This document shows, in pieces, positions 10,864 to 22,784 of a DNA stretch of 64,000 nt. The notes beneath the pieces are model-generated. The model ran no database searches and was not told the DNA's origin. It saw only the letters and a list, made by a program, of their open reading frames with translations. The stretch comes from Vairimorpha necatrix (lineage: Eukaryota): NCBI GenBank assembly GCA_036630325.1, contig CP142726.1, positions 930,001 to 994,000 on the forward strand. The letters are read 5' to 3'. The position numbers were made by a program, and so were the translations under genes. How positions within the stretch are numbered: position 1 is the first letter of the stretch; each line of letters starts with the position of its first letter.

Positions 10864-13500
10864 ATAAACGTTTTAATTATTTATTTTGTACTATTTTCTT
10901 TAGAAATTTACATTTATGATTAAAGTTTTAGTAAGATTTTTTCAATAACAAAAATATTCAAGATATTTAATTTATTTAAATATTAAATTTTATATCTTAA
11001 TATTATAAATATTAACTATTTTTTAGTGTATATTTTAATCAAAGAAAAATAATATTAAAGATCTCATAGATAATAACGAATATTACATGTCATTTATATT
11101 AATATTTTTATTAAATAGTGTTTTTAATTTTTTTTCTTTCTAAATAAATTATTTTAATTTACGATCATAATGACATCAAAACTTGTTTTGATAAGAGGAA
11201 GCCTCTACTTGCAAGAGTAGAGTTCTTAGACAAGATGATTGTACAACGATATATCGTTATACGAGAAAAGGAAAGGCTTGTAAGCCAAAACAGATCTAGA
11301 GAAATCTAGAAGAAAAAAACACACTTTTACCTAGGGGAGATATGGCAAGCTGTTGGTGCCGTAGCATTTACGTTAAACTAGTTAGGTTCTTAACTGACGA
11401 GTGGGCCAGGCGCGCTATTCTCTTAGAATCTTGCTGAACCCAGGTCACAGGCACACCTGTCTGTGATTCTAATCCTAAGAGATAATTTTTCTCCTACAAG
11501 CAGGGCCATTATGGTATGCTGGTGTGTATCACAAGTTATTGGCTGTTGAAGTTTTTACTTGCTGGGTAACCTTTCTTAATAACATTAAATTTTTTTTTCT
11601 TTTTAGTTTTTTTTTAATCTGCTACAATTCGGTTAATTATCTTATTGTTTTTTTATTTTGATTCAAAAAATGAAAAAATATTTCAATTTACGTTAAAAAC
11701 ACATTATTTACTAAATTTTGTAACATTCAAACTGAATAGTATCTTCTCTGAAATTCTAGCAGTTTGTTTGATTTTTCTATCTTTATTGTAAGTGGATAAC
11801 ACAATATTGACTAAGATCTGAATGCTATAAGATTGCATTTGATTTTTTACTTATATATGAGTTTTAGTTTAGGTTCTTTGTAAGTTAAAAAAAAAAATTT
11901 TTCGCATAAAAATGTCCTCTTTAAGTTTTGATCTTTTTGCATTGTTTTAATATCTAAAGTTTATAAATATACTATATTATCATTGCAAAATAAAAGAAAC
12001 AGACGTCTCAATTACGTTATTTTTTGTTCAATATACCAGACAATTTTCATTTTTTGCTGTATCAGTTTCTAAATATTCTGATTATTGCAAAATTTATAAG
12101 CATAAAAAATATCATTTAAAACTTTTAGCTTATTTTTTGTGAACTTTTAACATGCTTGCGTATCTTGGTTTATATGCTTTGTAAAGCTAGTTTGATATAT
12201 TTAAGCTATAATTATTATTTATTGAAAGAGATACTACATCTTAGGATACCACGTTTATTGATCTAACTTTTTAAAACAAAGGAAGAATTTTACAGCCAAG
12301 TATATGATGATTTAAAATAATTTTACTTTTTTTTACAATCACTTATTTATTGATGTATATTTTATAGATTTGCAAATATTTGAAAAATATTTCTATGCCA
12401 TGTGTGGTATAATGGATCATACCACATGATTTCTAAAAACCAATAAATACTAAAACGCTGATGCTTCTTCGGAAAGATCAGCTATGGTCGACTATTATTG
12501 GTCAGCCAAATCTTATTTCTTTCTATTGATTTCTATGTAATATAAATAGAGAAATTCCATGAACAACATGGTACAACATCAGAACGCAAACAAACACTCT
12601 TCCTTCTACAAATCAGATAAACAAAACTCTTTTCATAACAATAAACAATCCTTTCTCTTTAACTCTTTTAACTCCGGTTTTCACGGCTCCCCAAACCGTA
12701 GCATCATTGAATGCTTCCTTGCCACAGGCAAGCTTCCCGGTAACACGCCACCATGTTTTTTAACTTATCATGTTCATCTCGCCCATATATTTTATTTAAG
12801 TAATGGATCAATTTTCACTCTGTGTTGATATCAATTTTTTATTATAATATTGTATTTATAAAATAGAATTTCAATCAAATTCACTTATAAGTTCACGACA
12901 AGTTCTGAACAATAACAGTTAGTATATAAATAGAATTAGCATATAAAAACTCTAAGATAATTTTTTCTTACCCATTTTGAAAAAAATTTAATTAGACAAA
13001 ATTTTTATAATAATAATGTTAATGGTTTATCAATTTTTGCATGCATGTGTTATATTTGTTCATTGGTTTTAGATACAAGCAAAATGTTTTCCATGACAAA
13101 TTTCGATAACGCCCACACTATGCATAATAAATTTTAATTCAAATGTTTCTTATTCGTTTTGTATTGTATTGTACATCATCTTAAATGATAATTATTCAGT
13201 AAGCTTCTATAAAATCTATAATGTAGTATGAAGATTTTTTTTGTAAATACAAATAAAAAGCTCTCGTTTCTAAAAATTAATACAAATTTTAATGTAATTA
13301 AAATATCAGATATTTTTATAATATTGGCTGTAATTGCAATCTTCCTTTCGCTTATGTAAAAATCCCGATCTTAGATAATAAATGAAACATATAGCCAAAT
13401 AATACTATAGCACTTTATTTTATTCACGAGGAAGCAACAAATTGATTTATCTGTGACTTTATCATACATCAACTAATTCAACCACTCTAATAATATTATG

Positions 13501-14716
13501 GGCGCATCGGTCAGAACCCGGACTTTTTTCTCTCTAAGGGTCCCCCCTTGGAGAGAAACGAAAAAAAATAATAATAATAAAAAACCATTTTATTCTAAGA
13601 AAACTTTGATAATTTCAATGAAGAACTCTCTTGAACTTTTGATGTTTTTATAAATTGCACATCTTCTTCTCCACTTAAATTCTTCCAAAAAATCAGGGAT
13701 AGCACTTTCTTTGATCCCTTTTCTAGCTATTATATCACATTTAAGATGTGACCAAACACCTTCTATTAAGTTTGTGGTCTCTCCTGCTTCGTTTTTAAAG
13801 TTTTCATCATGAATTACAACGCGATGATCACCGTTGATAGATTCTACTGCAGCGGGATAAGATTTATGACCATCAGTTATGCATGTAGTGTCGTTTTTTA
13901 TATACTTTTTAAAAAACCGAGTCATCGTCTGTATAGTCCGGTTAGGTACTATTTCGATTCTCAGTTCTAACGTTCGCTCGTCTATCGTCCCTATTAACCA
14001 CACACAGTTTTTGACTGTGTCATATCTTTCCGATGGAGATTTGACAAACTTCCCCTTTACTATAACCGTTTCATCGGTCTGTGTCACTTCTTCAAATCCT
14101 CCAATTTTTTTTTGGTGTTTGAGATTTTCTTTTTTCAGTGCTTCGTATATTTTTTTTTTAGCCCTGAAGACACTGGAAGCAGACACCCGGGAATTTTTAT
14201 TTAGGTTTAGTGTAGACTGATTTTCAGTGAACGAATACAGAATATACAAATAATGATGTATAGGTATTCGGGGATTAGAAAATGAAGTTTTATCAAAAAC
14301 TCCGATTGATGTTCCACATCCAGTCTTCCCCCTACACTTAAACCGGTGGCAGTTAATGTACGAATCGTCCGGTGTTAATATCATTATACCAGGACATTTC
14401 GTACATTCCATTGTTGTTTTTAGTAGATTTTCATCCACTAACCAACATATTGCCTCATGTGGGTCTTGGAATATTTTCGACCTACTGTCAAGTGGCTCCA
14501 TACATACCATAAGGGTAAAATATTTCTGAAAAAATCATCTAAAAAACAAAAATGTTTATAACTCAAGAAATATTAATGCGAATGAAATTTAAACAAATCT
14601 GTAAAATTTCGACTCTTGGGGATATGGTTCGTAAAAAACATTTCCCCACTTTACGGTCAGTACCCGGATTCAGTACGTAAAATATTATGGAAAGTCCGGG
14701 TTCTGACCGTTGCGCC
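13501..14716 (-). mobile_element. Intact Merlin DNA transposon
   Basis: ~26-bp TIRs GGCGCATCGGTCAGAACCCGGACTTT / AAAGTCCGGGTTCTGACCGTTGCGCC; perfect 8-bp TSD ATATTATG (13493-13500, 14717-14724). Confidence 0.95.
13590..14510 (-). CDS. Merlin/IS1595-family DDE transposase (intact)
   Basis: CTKC..C zinc ribbon; QTDET, ITDGHKSY, TNLIEGVW catalytic motifs. Confidence 0.9.
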   Translation of the reverse strand: MVCMEPLDSRSKIFQDPHEAICWLVDENLLKTTMECTKCPGIMILTPDDSYINCHRFKCRGKTGCGTSIGVFDKTSFSNPRIPIHHYLYILYSFTENQSTLNLNKNSRVSASSVFRAKKKIYEALKKENLKHQKKIGGFEEVTQTDETVIVKGKFVKSPSERYDTVKNCVWLIGTIDERTLELRIEIVPNRTIQTMTRFFKKYIKNDTTCITDGHKSYPAAVESINGDHRVVIHDENFKNEAGETTNLIEGVWSHLKCDIIARKGIKESAIPDFLEEFKWRRRCAIYKNIKSSREFFIEIIKVFLE

Positions 14717-15133
14717 ATATTATGTATAAGGTAAATGAAAACATCCCAGTAAGTCCTAAAGATTTTTTTTGTAATATATTGTCTTAGATACTTTTAATTT
14801 ACAACATTATATATAAAATTATATTATATTTTACGCTTTAATATCCCGTAACTTTTATAATAAAATTTTTTTTTTCAAAAATGAAAACAAAAAAATGGTT
14901 ATAAGGTATTATAACACCTTCATGATAATTCATCGGGTTGAGTGTTTAACATAAAAAATATAATTCTAAAAATCATGTATTTGATCTAATCTATGCAGTA
15001 AGACATAATTAACCTCATACATGGTGTTGGAACAAAACATGGGTTTATTTTTATAAAATTATTTAAAAGATCAGATGTCAAATATATCAACTCGATTATA
15101 TATTTGACATTGACATTGACATATATTCCTACA

Positions 15134-18100
15134 CTACTTCCCCTTTAAAAGTTTTACATGATTTCGATTCGCTGTAATCGTTCTTCCGTCGTCAAGTAAA
15201 ACACTATACGATTTAAACCTTTTATCCAAGACTGTTCCTTTATCTTGCCATTTTGGTTCCAGTTTCCCTCCTTGGGGCAAAATTAGTCTGTACCATACCC
15301 TGTCACCTACCTTTATTTCTTCCAATTGGGGCGCACCCGTTTTCTCATGTGTTGCATACTCCCCTCTGTATCGTTCTAAATTCTCCTTCGCTCTAGTCCT
15401 AAAGTCTGTTCTATCCATTCTAATATTAATTCCCTCCTGCAGATCCATATGATTAAGAACTAATCCTTGGTGCAATTCTATGGGCGCACAGCCTATGGCA
15501 CGGTGATAGGACTGCATATAGGCTTTATTTACTTTTTTTGCACATTTGGCCCAATCGAACTTGCCAAATTCCGTGATCTTCCTCAGTTTAATTCCTATTG
15601 TTCTGTTAAATCTCTCTATTAATCCTGTGGTGGTCGGACTGTATGGTGATCCGTATTTCCAAGTAAACTGTTTCTCTTTTGCATAATCCTCACAGATTCG
15701 ATTTTTAAACTCTCGTCCATTATCTGTTAAAATTGCCTTCGGAATTCCATATTTCTTTATGATGTATCTGTCCACTAAATACACTATTGTGTTCATGTCT
15801 TTTGTATGGATCGGGATAATCTCCCCCGTTTTTGAGAAATGATCTACCATTGTCAGTAGATACCTGTACCCGTCCTCACTCTCCTTGAATGGTCCTACTA
15901 TGTCAATTTCCCAAATCTCTCCAATGTTGTTTGCCACCAATGGTACAATATCTTTGAATTGTTTTTGTTCTCTTTCCTGTTGGCAGATTTCGCAGTTCTC
16001 TACAAACTGATCTATATCTTTGTTAATTTCCTTCCATTCATATTTACGTCTCATGTTATATTTCATATTTTTCTTTGAGCCATGGCCCAACATATCGTGG
16101 TAAAATCTGACCAGTTCTAGTCCCCTTTTCCTGTTTATAACTTTCCTTTCTTCAGCAGTGCTTACCGTTTCAATTTTCTTCATCTCTATTTTGAAGTCTC
16201 TACTTAAATGGTCTACATGGTTTGAGGGTCCCGCAATGTACTCAATTTCAAAATCATATTCCTGAAGGAGGAGCGACCATCTCGCCAACCTTGCCTTAAT
16301 ATTCCTTGACTTAAAAAGATACTTTAAAGCCTGATGGTCCGTTCTTAAGGTAAACTTTCCCAACAGTAGATATTCTCTGAAGTGTTGAAATGCTTTGACT
16401 ACCGCCAACAGCTCCTGTTCTGTTGTAGAATAATTTTTTTCCGCTTTCGTGTGCAAAGAACTAAAGTATGCTACCATTTTTTCCTCTCCTTCTATTACCT
16501 GGGATAGCATGGCTCCACTTCCTTCATTTGACGCGTCCGTCGTCAAAATGAATTTATCTCTCGTATTTGGGATAGTCAATAATGTCGCTTTATTCACAGC
16601 TGCCTTTAACGCTTCTATGGCTTCGATAAACTGCCTGTTTTCTGATGCCCTTTTCCAAAATTTGATTTCCTCTTCCTTTTTCAACTTAATGATCCTATAC
16701 AATGGGCTTACTATCTTATGACTGTCTTTTATAAATTTCGAACAGTAATTATATAGCCCCAACAATGATTGCAATTTCTTTTTGTTTTTTGGAATTGGCA
16801 ATTCCTCAATACTCTTTATCCTTTATGTGTCGATCCTAACTCCTTCCTTCGAGATCACATGCCCCAAGATTTTCAGTTCTTTCTTATTAAATTCACACTT
16901 TTTCTCATTCAGCTTTACTCCAGCATTTACCAACTTCTCCATAACCAGCCTAACATGCGCTTGATGTTCCTCGAACGTTCTACTATAGACCAAGATATCA
17001 TCCATATAAACAACCACGAATTTGTATAAAAACTCTCTAAGTATGTTATTCATTGCTCTCTGAAATGTGGCTGGCCCGTTTACTAGACCGAAAGGCATCT
17101 TTACAAATTCAAAAAGTCCTTCTCTGCATGCAAAGGCAGTCTTCTCAATATCCTTTGGAGCCATATTGATCTGGTGATATCCCGATTCTGCATCCATCTT
17201 AGTAAAATAACTTGCACCCTCTAGTGCATCAATAAACTCATCCACTCTAGGCATGGGGTATGCATCCTTAATCGTAATATCATTAAGCCGCCTGTAATCT
17301 ATACACAATCTATATCCTCCATCTTTTTTTGGCACTACAATCACTGGACTTCGCCAAGCACTCTCACTTGGCCGTATCACCCCCAGCTCAAGGTATTCCT
17401 TTATTATTTTAGATGCCTCTTTTTCTTTCGTTCCGCCTAATTTATATAGCTGAGCCATGACTGGCTCACTATCTCCCGTGTTAATCCTATGATATCCAAT
17501 TGCATTTCCTTTAAGGATTTGTCCCGACTCCATGTTGACCTTTCCATTTCCAAATCTTAGGTCAACTTCATATTTGTCCAATAATGTCCATCCTACTATG
17601 CACGGCATGGTGATGTCCCGTGTTACAATAAATTCGTCTTCAAATATGTATCCTTCTATTTTTATTTTCAACATCGTTTTCCCTATGATTCTTATCTGTG
17701 ACCCGTTGGCCGCCCGTAATTGAAGATTATCTCTAGTCAATCTCGTTTTGTCTTCGAGGTGTTCCGGCCTAATCAAATTAACTTCTGCACCTGTATCTAA
17801 TAATACCTTAAACGGTCGTTTACTGTTCTCAAGTGTAGCCAACTTAACAGTGGATCGATTACTTCTGCTATTTAATAACCTATAATTAAAAATAAATTTA
17901 TTCAAGTCCTCTTCTTCCACATCTATCTCATCATTCCCTTGTGGTATACTAACCTCTCTAACTTGTTTTTTCACCTTAGAGCTTTTCCTTAAACTGTTGA
18001 AACGACATTGAGAGACCACATGTCCTTGCTCGCTACAGATCAAACATCTAATTTTTGAATAGCTTGATTTTTTACTATTAACTTTGTTTCTTATTGCTTC

Positions 18101-18652
18101 GACTTTAACTTCTTGACCGTATGAGGATGCTATCTGGTTTCGCTCGGTCTCTCTCGTATCCTTAATATTCTTTAATGAATCATAGATGTATTTCCATGTA
18201 AGGCCCTCTTTGTTGTTAATAAGCACGATGTTAGCTAGATTATTCGGCAGACCATTCAATGTAAACGCTACCAGGACTTGTTCTGGTACATTTCCTTTCC
18301 TCGCTATGGCACCCATTCTGTCGAGATAGTTCAGAATAGATCCACCTGTATACTTCAATGCTGCAAGCTTTTCCAAACTAATCTTCAGAATTATATTACT
18401 GACAAATCTCTCCCTGATTCTATCTATTAGTTCACCCAAGTCTAGCCCTACTGGTTGGGCCATTATCCAATCTTTTGCTTCTTCCCTAAGAGACATCTTG
18501 AATGTAAGTAACAGCTTACCCTCGCTGTACTCATTCAACCTGCCCACTTCCATCAAGTCCTCTATGAACTGTTGTGGGTCGTCTTTCTCTTCATTTCTGA
18601 AGATGAGAAGAATATTTTTGTCGCTTGTCGCCAAATTGTTGGAACAAAACAT
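15134..18652 (-). pseudogene. Ty3/Gypsy gag-pol polyprotein with one in-frame TAA at 16823-16825
   Basis: CLICSEQGHVVSQC knuckle, LLDTGA protease, RLCIDYR/YMDD RT, TDAS RNase H, HHCC and DDE integrase; the two track ORFs are in the same frame (GVRIDT*RIKSIEELPIP). Confidence 0.9.
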
Positions 18653-18673
18653 GGGTTTATTTTTATAAAATTA

Positions 18674-19716
18674 CTAGCGTATGTTTTCCCGTTTTGAAAA
18701 CGGGATCTAAATGTTTAGTTTTTTAATATGTCCAGTCTCAGTAAATTTTGTTAAGTTTCCATTTTGGGATGATTGAATTTGACAGGGTGAAGACATGTTT
18801 ATTAAAAATACTTTTTAGTGACATAGAAGGAGTAAAGTTGGGTTAAAACATTTAATAATATCAATGAGAGAATTTTGAGAACTCCTAAAGCTCGATTTTG
18901 ACACTTATTATTCGAAATTTCTTAAGTTGAAGATTTTTAGAATTTTTTGTGGAAGGGTTAAATAAATTCTAAAAAACGATTCTGACGATATTTTGGAACT
19001 GAGTTTTACAAAAAACTTTATTAAAAACGAAAAGTATTAACATATAGTATACGCATCTACAATTATCAAATTGAAACATTAAATCTAAAAACGATATTTT
19101 AATAACATATTAAGCATTAAATATGTAGTTTGGAAATTATAAAATCATAAAAAAGAGGGGTAAAAAATTAAATAAAATTCTTTTATATATATGACTAGCG
19201 TATGCTTTCCCGTTTTGAAAACGGGATTTGAATGTTTTGTTTTATAATATGTCGCTCCTCGGTGAATTTTGGTGAGTTTCTATTTCGGGATGATTGAATT
19301 TGATAGGAGGAAGACATCGTTTTCAAAAATACTTTTTAGTAACATATAAGGAGTTAAGTTAAGTTAGAAACACTTATGAATCATATTGAAATAATTTTGG
19401 GAACTTCTAAGCTCAAGTTTTGACAGTTTTATTCAACTTTTTTCTTTGGTTAATATTTTTGTGAATTTTTTCTAGAAGGGTTAAATAAATTCTAAAAAAC
19501 GATTCTGACAATATTTTGGAACTGAGTTTTCTAAAAATAAGAATTAAAATGGAAATGTATTAACATACAGTACACACACCCATGATAGTCAAAATCATTC
19601 AATGAGTTTATATTTGATATTACAATAACACAATAAGCTATAATAAGAAGTTTAGATTTTACAAAACCACAAAAAAGAGGGGTAAAAAATTAAATAAAAT
19701 TCTTTTATATATATGA
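18674..19716 (-). mobile_element. Head-to-tail dimer of non-autonomous mini-Helitrons (18674-19194; 19195-19716)
   Basis: On the minus strand each unit starts TCATATATATAAAAGAA and ends with hairpin CCCGTTTTCAAAACGGG then CTAG; inserted at A|T in the outer LTR with no TSD. Confidence 0.93.
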
Positions 19717-19718
19717 TT

Positions 19719-22700
19719 TGTTAACCATTTATTTATTGAGGGTTCTAAACCCTACATCCCCCCTCCAGACAGGTAGTCTCTCCATCTTCTAAACAACTCT
19801 TCCTTATCTCTTTCAAATCATAATGCCTCTTTTTAACAATTTTACCATCCAGTAGTCTCACAATATATGAATCATTTTCACTTATAGCTACGATCCTTCC
19901 GCGACCCGTGAATCTTCCCTTGTCTGTTTTCGCACGTGTACCTAAATTTTCTCTCCTAGCGATTCTTACCTCTTGGCCTACTGTAAATGTCTCTCTGTGT
20001 CTTCTCTTGAACCGACCAGCATATTTTCCATTTTCATCATTTTCAATTATAACTTCAGCAGTTTGATCTCTCCACGCTTCCATCGGCGTACATTTTATTG
20101 CTGTATGTAGTGTATTATTATATCCTTTGATTGCTCTTTCTATCTTTTCAGAAATATTCCCATCATTTTGCTTTATCAATGTCTCTCTTATAGTTCTGAT
20201 GCATCTCTCGATTCTACCATTACTCCTATGAGCTTCTAAGCCCACTTTCCTATGTTTAATATCATTAATACTACACCATTCTTTAAATCTATTACTTACA
20301 AACTCTTTTCCGTTGTCTGTCACATATTCCTCTGGAAATCCATCTTCTCTTATCCACTTTTGTAATACCTCTATAACTTCACTACTCTCTTTACATCTCA
20401 AATTCGAACCCCACAACCTTCTAGTAAAGTAATCAATACCCAGTAACACATACCTATTCTCTCCACCTATGTCCATTAAATCCAACGCCACTTTCTCCAA
20501 TTTCTTTCTAGTTACTACGAAATCACATCCTCCTGTGTTTTTCCTATTGTTAATCCCACATATTTCACAATTCTTAATTACCTTATTAATATGATCTTTC
20601 ATACCAGGCCAATACCATCTTTGTTTAATGTTATAATAAGTGCCTTTGACACCTCTATGGTTTAACTCCTCATGTACTCTTGTTATTTCATGCTCTCTAC
20701 TATCTAGGCTCAATATCTCTTTCACCTCACCTGTGGAAAATTCCCAATACTGTTTACCGTCCTTTTCTTTAATATGTTTCTGCTTTTTTCCCAAAATTTG
20801 TTTTTCGATCACTTCTTTTCTCTTGTTGTCCTTTTCTTTTTGTTCATCCGAAACTTCTACCTGATCATACTGCCTACTTAACGCATCTGCATCTGTCATC
20901 AACTCCCCTTTCACATACTCTATTGTAAAGTCAAACTCTTGTATCTGTTCTACCCATCTGTTTATTCTGTTATTATTGAAGTATGGCTTATTTCTGATCT
21001 CTGCTAATGCTTTATGATCCGTCATCAAATGAAATTTCCTTCCTCTCAAATCACTTTCAAACTTCTTTATTCCAAAAAACACCGCCAACATCTCCTTCTC
21101 ACTTATCGTATATCTTCGCTCGGTAGGAGTCAACATTTTCGATGCCCATTGTATCGGAATCCACTCACCCTCTTTATTTTCTTGTAATAGAATTGCTCCG
21201 ATCCCCGTATCACACGCATCAGTTCTTACTCTAAATAGCTTTTTTCCGTCCGGAATCTTCAACTTTTTCATATCTCTCAAGCCTTGCTTCATATCCTCAA
21301 AAGCTCTTTCCATATCCTCCGTCCAATTCCACTTAACATCTTTCTTTAAAGCCTCAGTAAGCCTTACTGTTCTATACGCATAGTTGGGAATAAAGTCTCT
21401 AAACCAACCAGTTAGTCCTAAAAATCTTCTTAACTCTCTAACATTCTCAGGTTTTCTATATTCCAATGTCTCCTGCTTTTTAATCTCATTCGGTCCCATG
21501 ACCTCCCCATTAATTGTTACTCCCAGCAACATCACCTCATCTTTTTTGTATTGTATCTTTGTTTGGTTTATTCTCAACCCACACTCTTTAAACTTTTTAA
21601 TTACCCTCTCTAGTAACTCGTCATGCACTCTTACGTCTTTACCATGAATAACTATATCATCCATATATACTTCCACGCCTTTACCTCTGAATTCATCTAA
21701 AACTCTGTTCATTACTCTCTGCATTATATGAGGCGAATTCTTAAACCCCATAACCATACTATTCCATTCGTATACTCGACCATTCACTTCAAATGCTGTT
21801 TTGTGCTTATGGTGCTCCTCAATCTCAATATGATAAAACCCTTCTTTTAAGTCGATAACCGTAAATACTTTTGACCCCTGTGTGGCTCTCATAATATCCT
21901 TAATTAACGGTAGTGAGTACGGGTCCTTGTCAACCAAATCGTTTAACGCCATCAAATTGCTTACCAATCTTACGTCCCCATTTGGTTTTTCAAGTGCTCT
22001 TATTGGACTCCTCCACTCACTTTTGGAACGTCTTATAACCCCTCTATTTTCCAACTTATTCAAGTACTCCTCAAATTTCACCCTAAGGTAGTATGGCACA
22101 TTCTGCCCTCTTTTCACAACCTTTTCACCTTGCTTAGTATTTATTGGACACTTCTCTCCTGTGAGATATTTTATCTTTTCTTCTGATTCTTTAAAAACTT
22201 CCGGATACTTTTCAATTAAATTTTCTAACTTATTTACTGTTTTACATCTTTTCCCTTCATTGTTGATAATTGGTTCTTTCTGTAAAACTTGTTCCTTTTT
22301 AATTTTATATTTTTCCCTACCAGCTACACTTTCATGACATTCTCTAGCGTAATGCCCTTCTTTCTTACATATAAAACATTTTGTAGTTTCTCTGATTTCT
22401 CTTCTTTTCCTATACATCCTAAGATTTTCTTTTCTTTCTTCCCTAAACTCTTTCAACACTTTATCCATAATCTCTTTAATCATTTCTTGTCTTTCTTCTG
22501 ACTCTCTCTCAAATTCTGCTCCTTTTTGTAAGCCTTTATAAATTTCCTCCCAACTGCTCCTTCCGTCACAAAAATTTTCAAAAATATAATCCTGCAAGTT
22601 CGCAGATGCCAAATCCATAACATCTTTCCACTCAACTTTCAATATTAACTTTAGTCTCTTATCTATCCTAATTGCCTCTTTCTCTAATGTTCTAGCCTCT

Positions 22701-22784
22701 TGACTACGGGACTCTCTTGTTTCCCTGTTCATCCTTGTGTTCGCCATGTTAACCATTTATTTATTGAGGGTTCTAAACCCTACA
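19719..22784 (-). mobile_element. Inner Ty3/Gypsy element with identical 38-bp LTRs
   Basis: TGTTAACCATTTATTTATTGAGGGTTCTAAACCCTACA at 19719-19756 and 22747-22784; TSD TGATT; PPT GGAGGGGGGA; PBS-like TGGCGAAC. Confidence 0.95.
19745..22756 (-). CDS. Single-ORF Gag-RT-RNaseH-integrase polyprotein, no recognisable protease
   Basis: CFICKKEGHYAREC, DLKEGFYHI, YMDD, TDAC, HEELNH..CEIC, TDNGKEF, NGRIER; uninterrupted 1003 aa. Confidence 0.92.
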   Translation of the reverse strand: MVNMANTRMNRETRESRSQEARTLEKEAIRIDKRLKLILKVEWKDVMDLASANLQDYIFENFCDGRSSWEEIYKGLQKGAEFERESEERQEMIKEIMDKVLKEFREERKENLRMYRKRREIRETTKCFICKKEGHYARECHESVAGREKYKIKKEQVLQKEPIINNEGKRCKTVNKLENLIEKYPEVFKESEEKIKYLTGEKCPINTKQGEKVVKRGQNVPYYLRVKFEEYLNKLENRGVIRRSKSEWRSPIRALEKPNGDVRLVSNLMALNDLVDKDPYSLPLIKDIMRATQGSKVFTVIDLKEGFYHIEIEEHHKHKTAFEVNGRVYEWNSMVMGFKNSPHIMQRVMNRVLDEFRGKGVEVYMDDIVIHGKDVRVHDELLERVIKKFKECGLRINQTKIQYKKDEVMLLGVTINGEVMGPNEIKKQETLEYRKPENVRELRRFLGLTGWFRDFIPNYAYRTVRLTEALKKDVKWNWTEDMERAFEDMKQGLRDMKKLKIPDGKKLFRVRTDACDTGIGAILLQENKEGEWIPIQWASKMLTPTERRYTISEKEMLAVFFGIKKFESDLRGRKFHLMTDHKALAEIRNKPYFNNNRINRWVEQIQEFDFTIEYVKGELMTDADALSRQYDQVEVSDEQKEKDNKRKEVIEKQILGKKQKHIKEKDGKQYWEFSTGEVKEILSLDSREHEITRVHEELNHRGVKGTYYNIKQRWYWPGMKDHINKVIKNCEICGINNRKNTGGCDFVVTRKKLEKVALDLMDIGGENRYVLLGIDYFTRRLWGSNLRCKESSEVIEVLQKWIREDGFPEEYVTDNGKEFVSNRFKEWCSINDIKHRKVGLEAHRSNGRIERCIRTIRETLIKQNDGNISEKIERAIKGYNNTLHTAIKCTPMEAWRDQTAEVIIENDENGKYAGRFKRRHRETFTVGQEVRIARRENLGTRAKTDKGRFTGRGRIVAISENDSYIVRLLDGKIVKKRHYDLKEIRKSCLEDGETTCLEGGCRV

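Noticed and set aside
11322-11345. U1 snRNA-like ACTTTTACCTAGGGGAGATA and nearby hammerhead-like CTGACGAG
   Set aside because: The ACTTACCTG 5' splice-site pairing motif is imperfect, U1 loop motifs are missing, and no GAAA partner completes a hammerhead core.
13501-14716. Bacterial IS1595 contamination or recent HGT
   Set aside because: Merlin is the established eukaryotic branch of this family; this copy has a TSD in host DNA and the host-type CCC start context.
16823-16825. Programmed stop read-through in the outer Ty3
   Set aside because: The TAA falls at the end of RT, not at the gag/pol boundary; a simple nonsense mutation is more likely.
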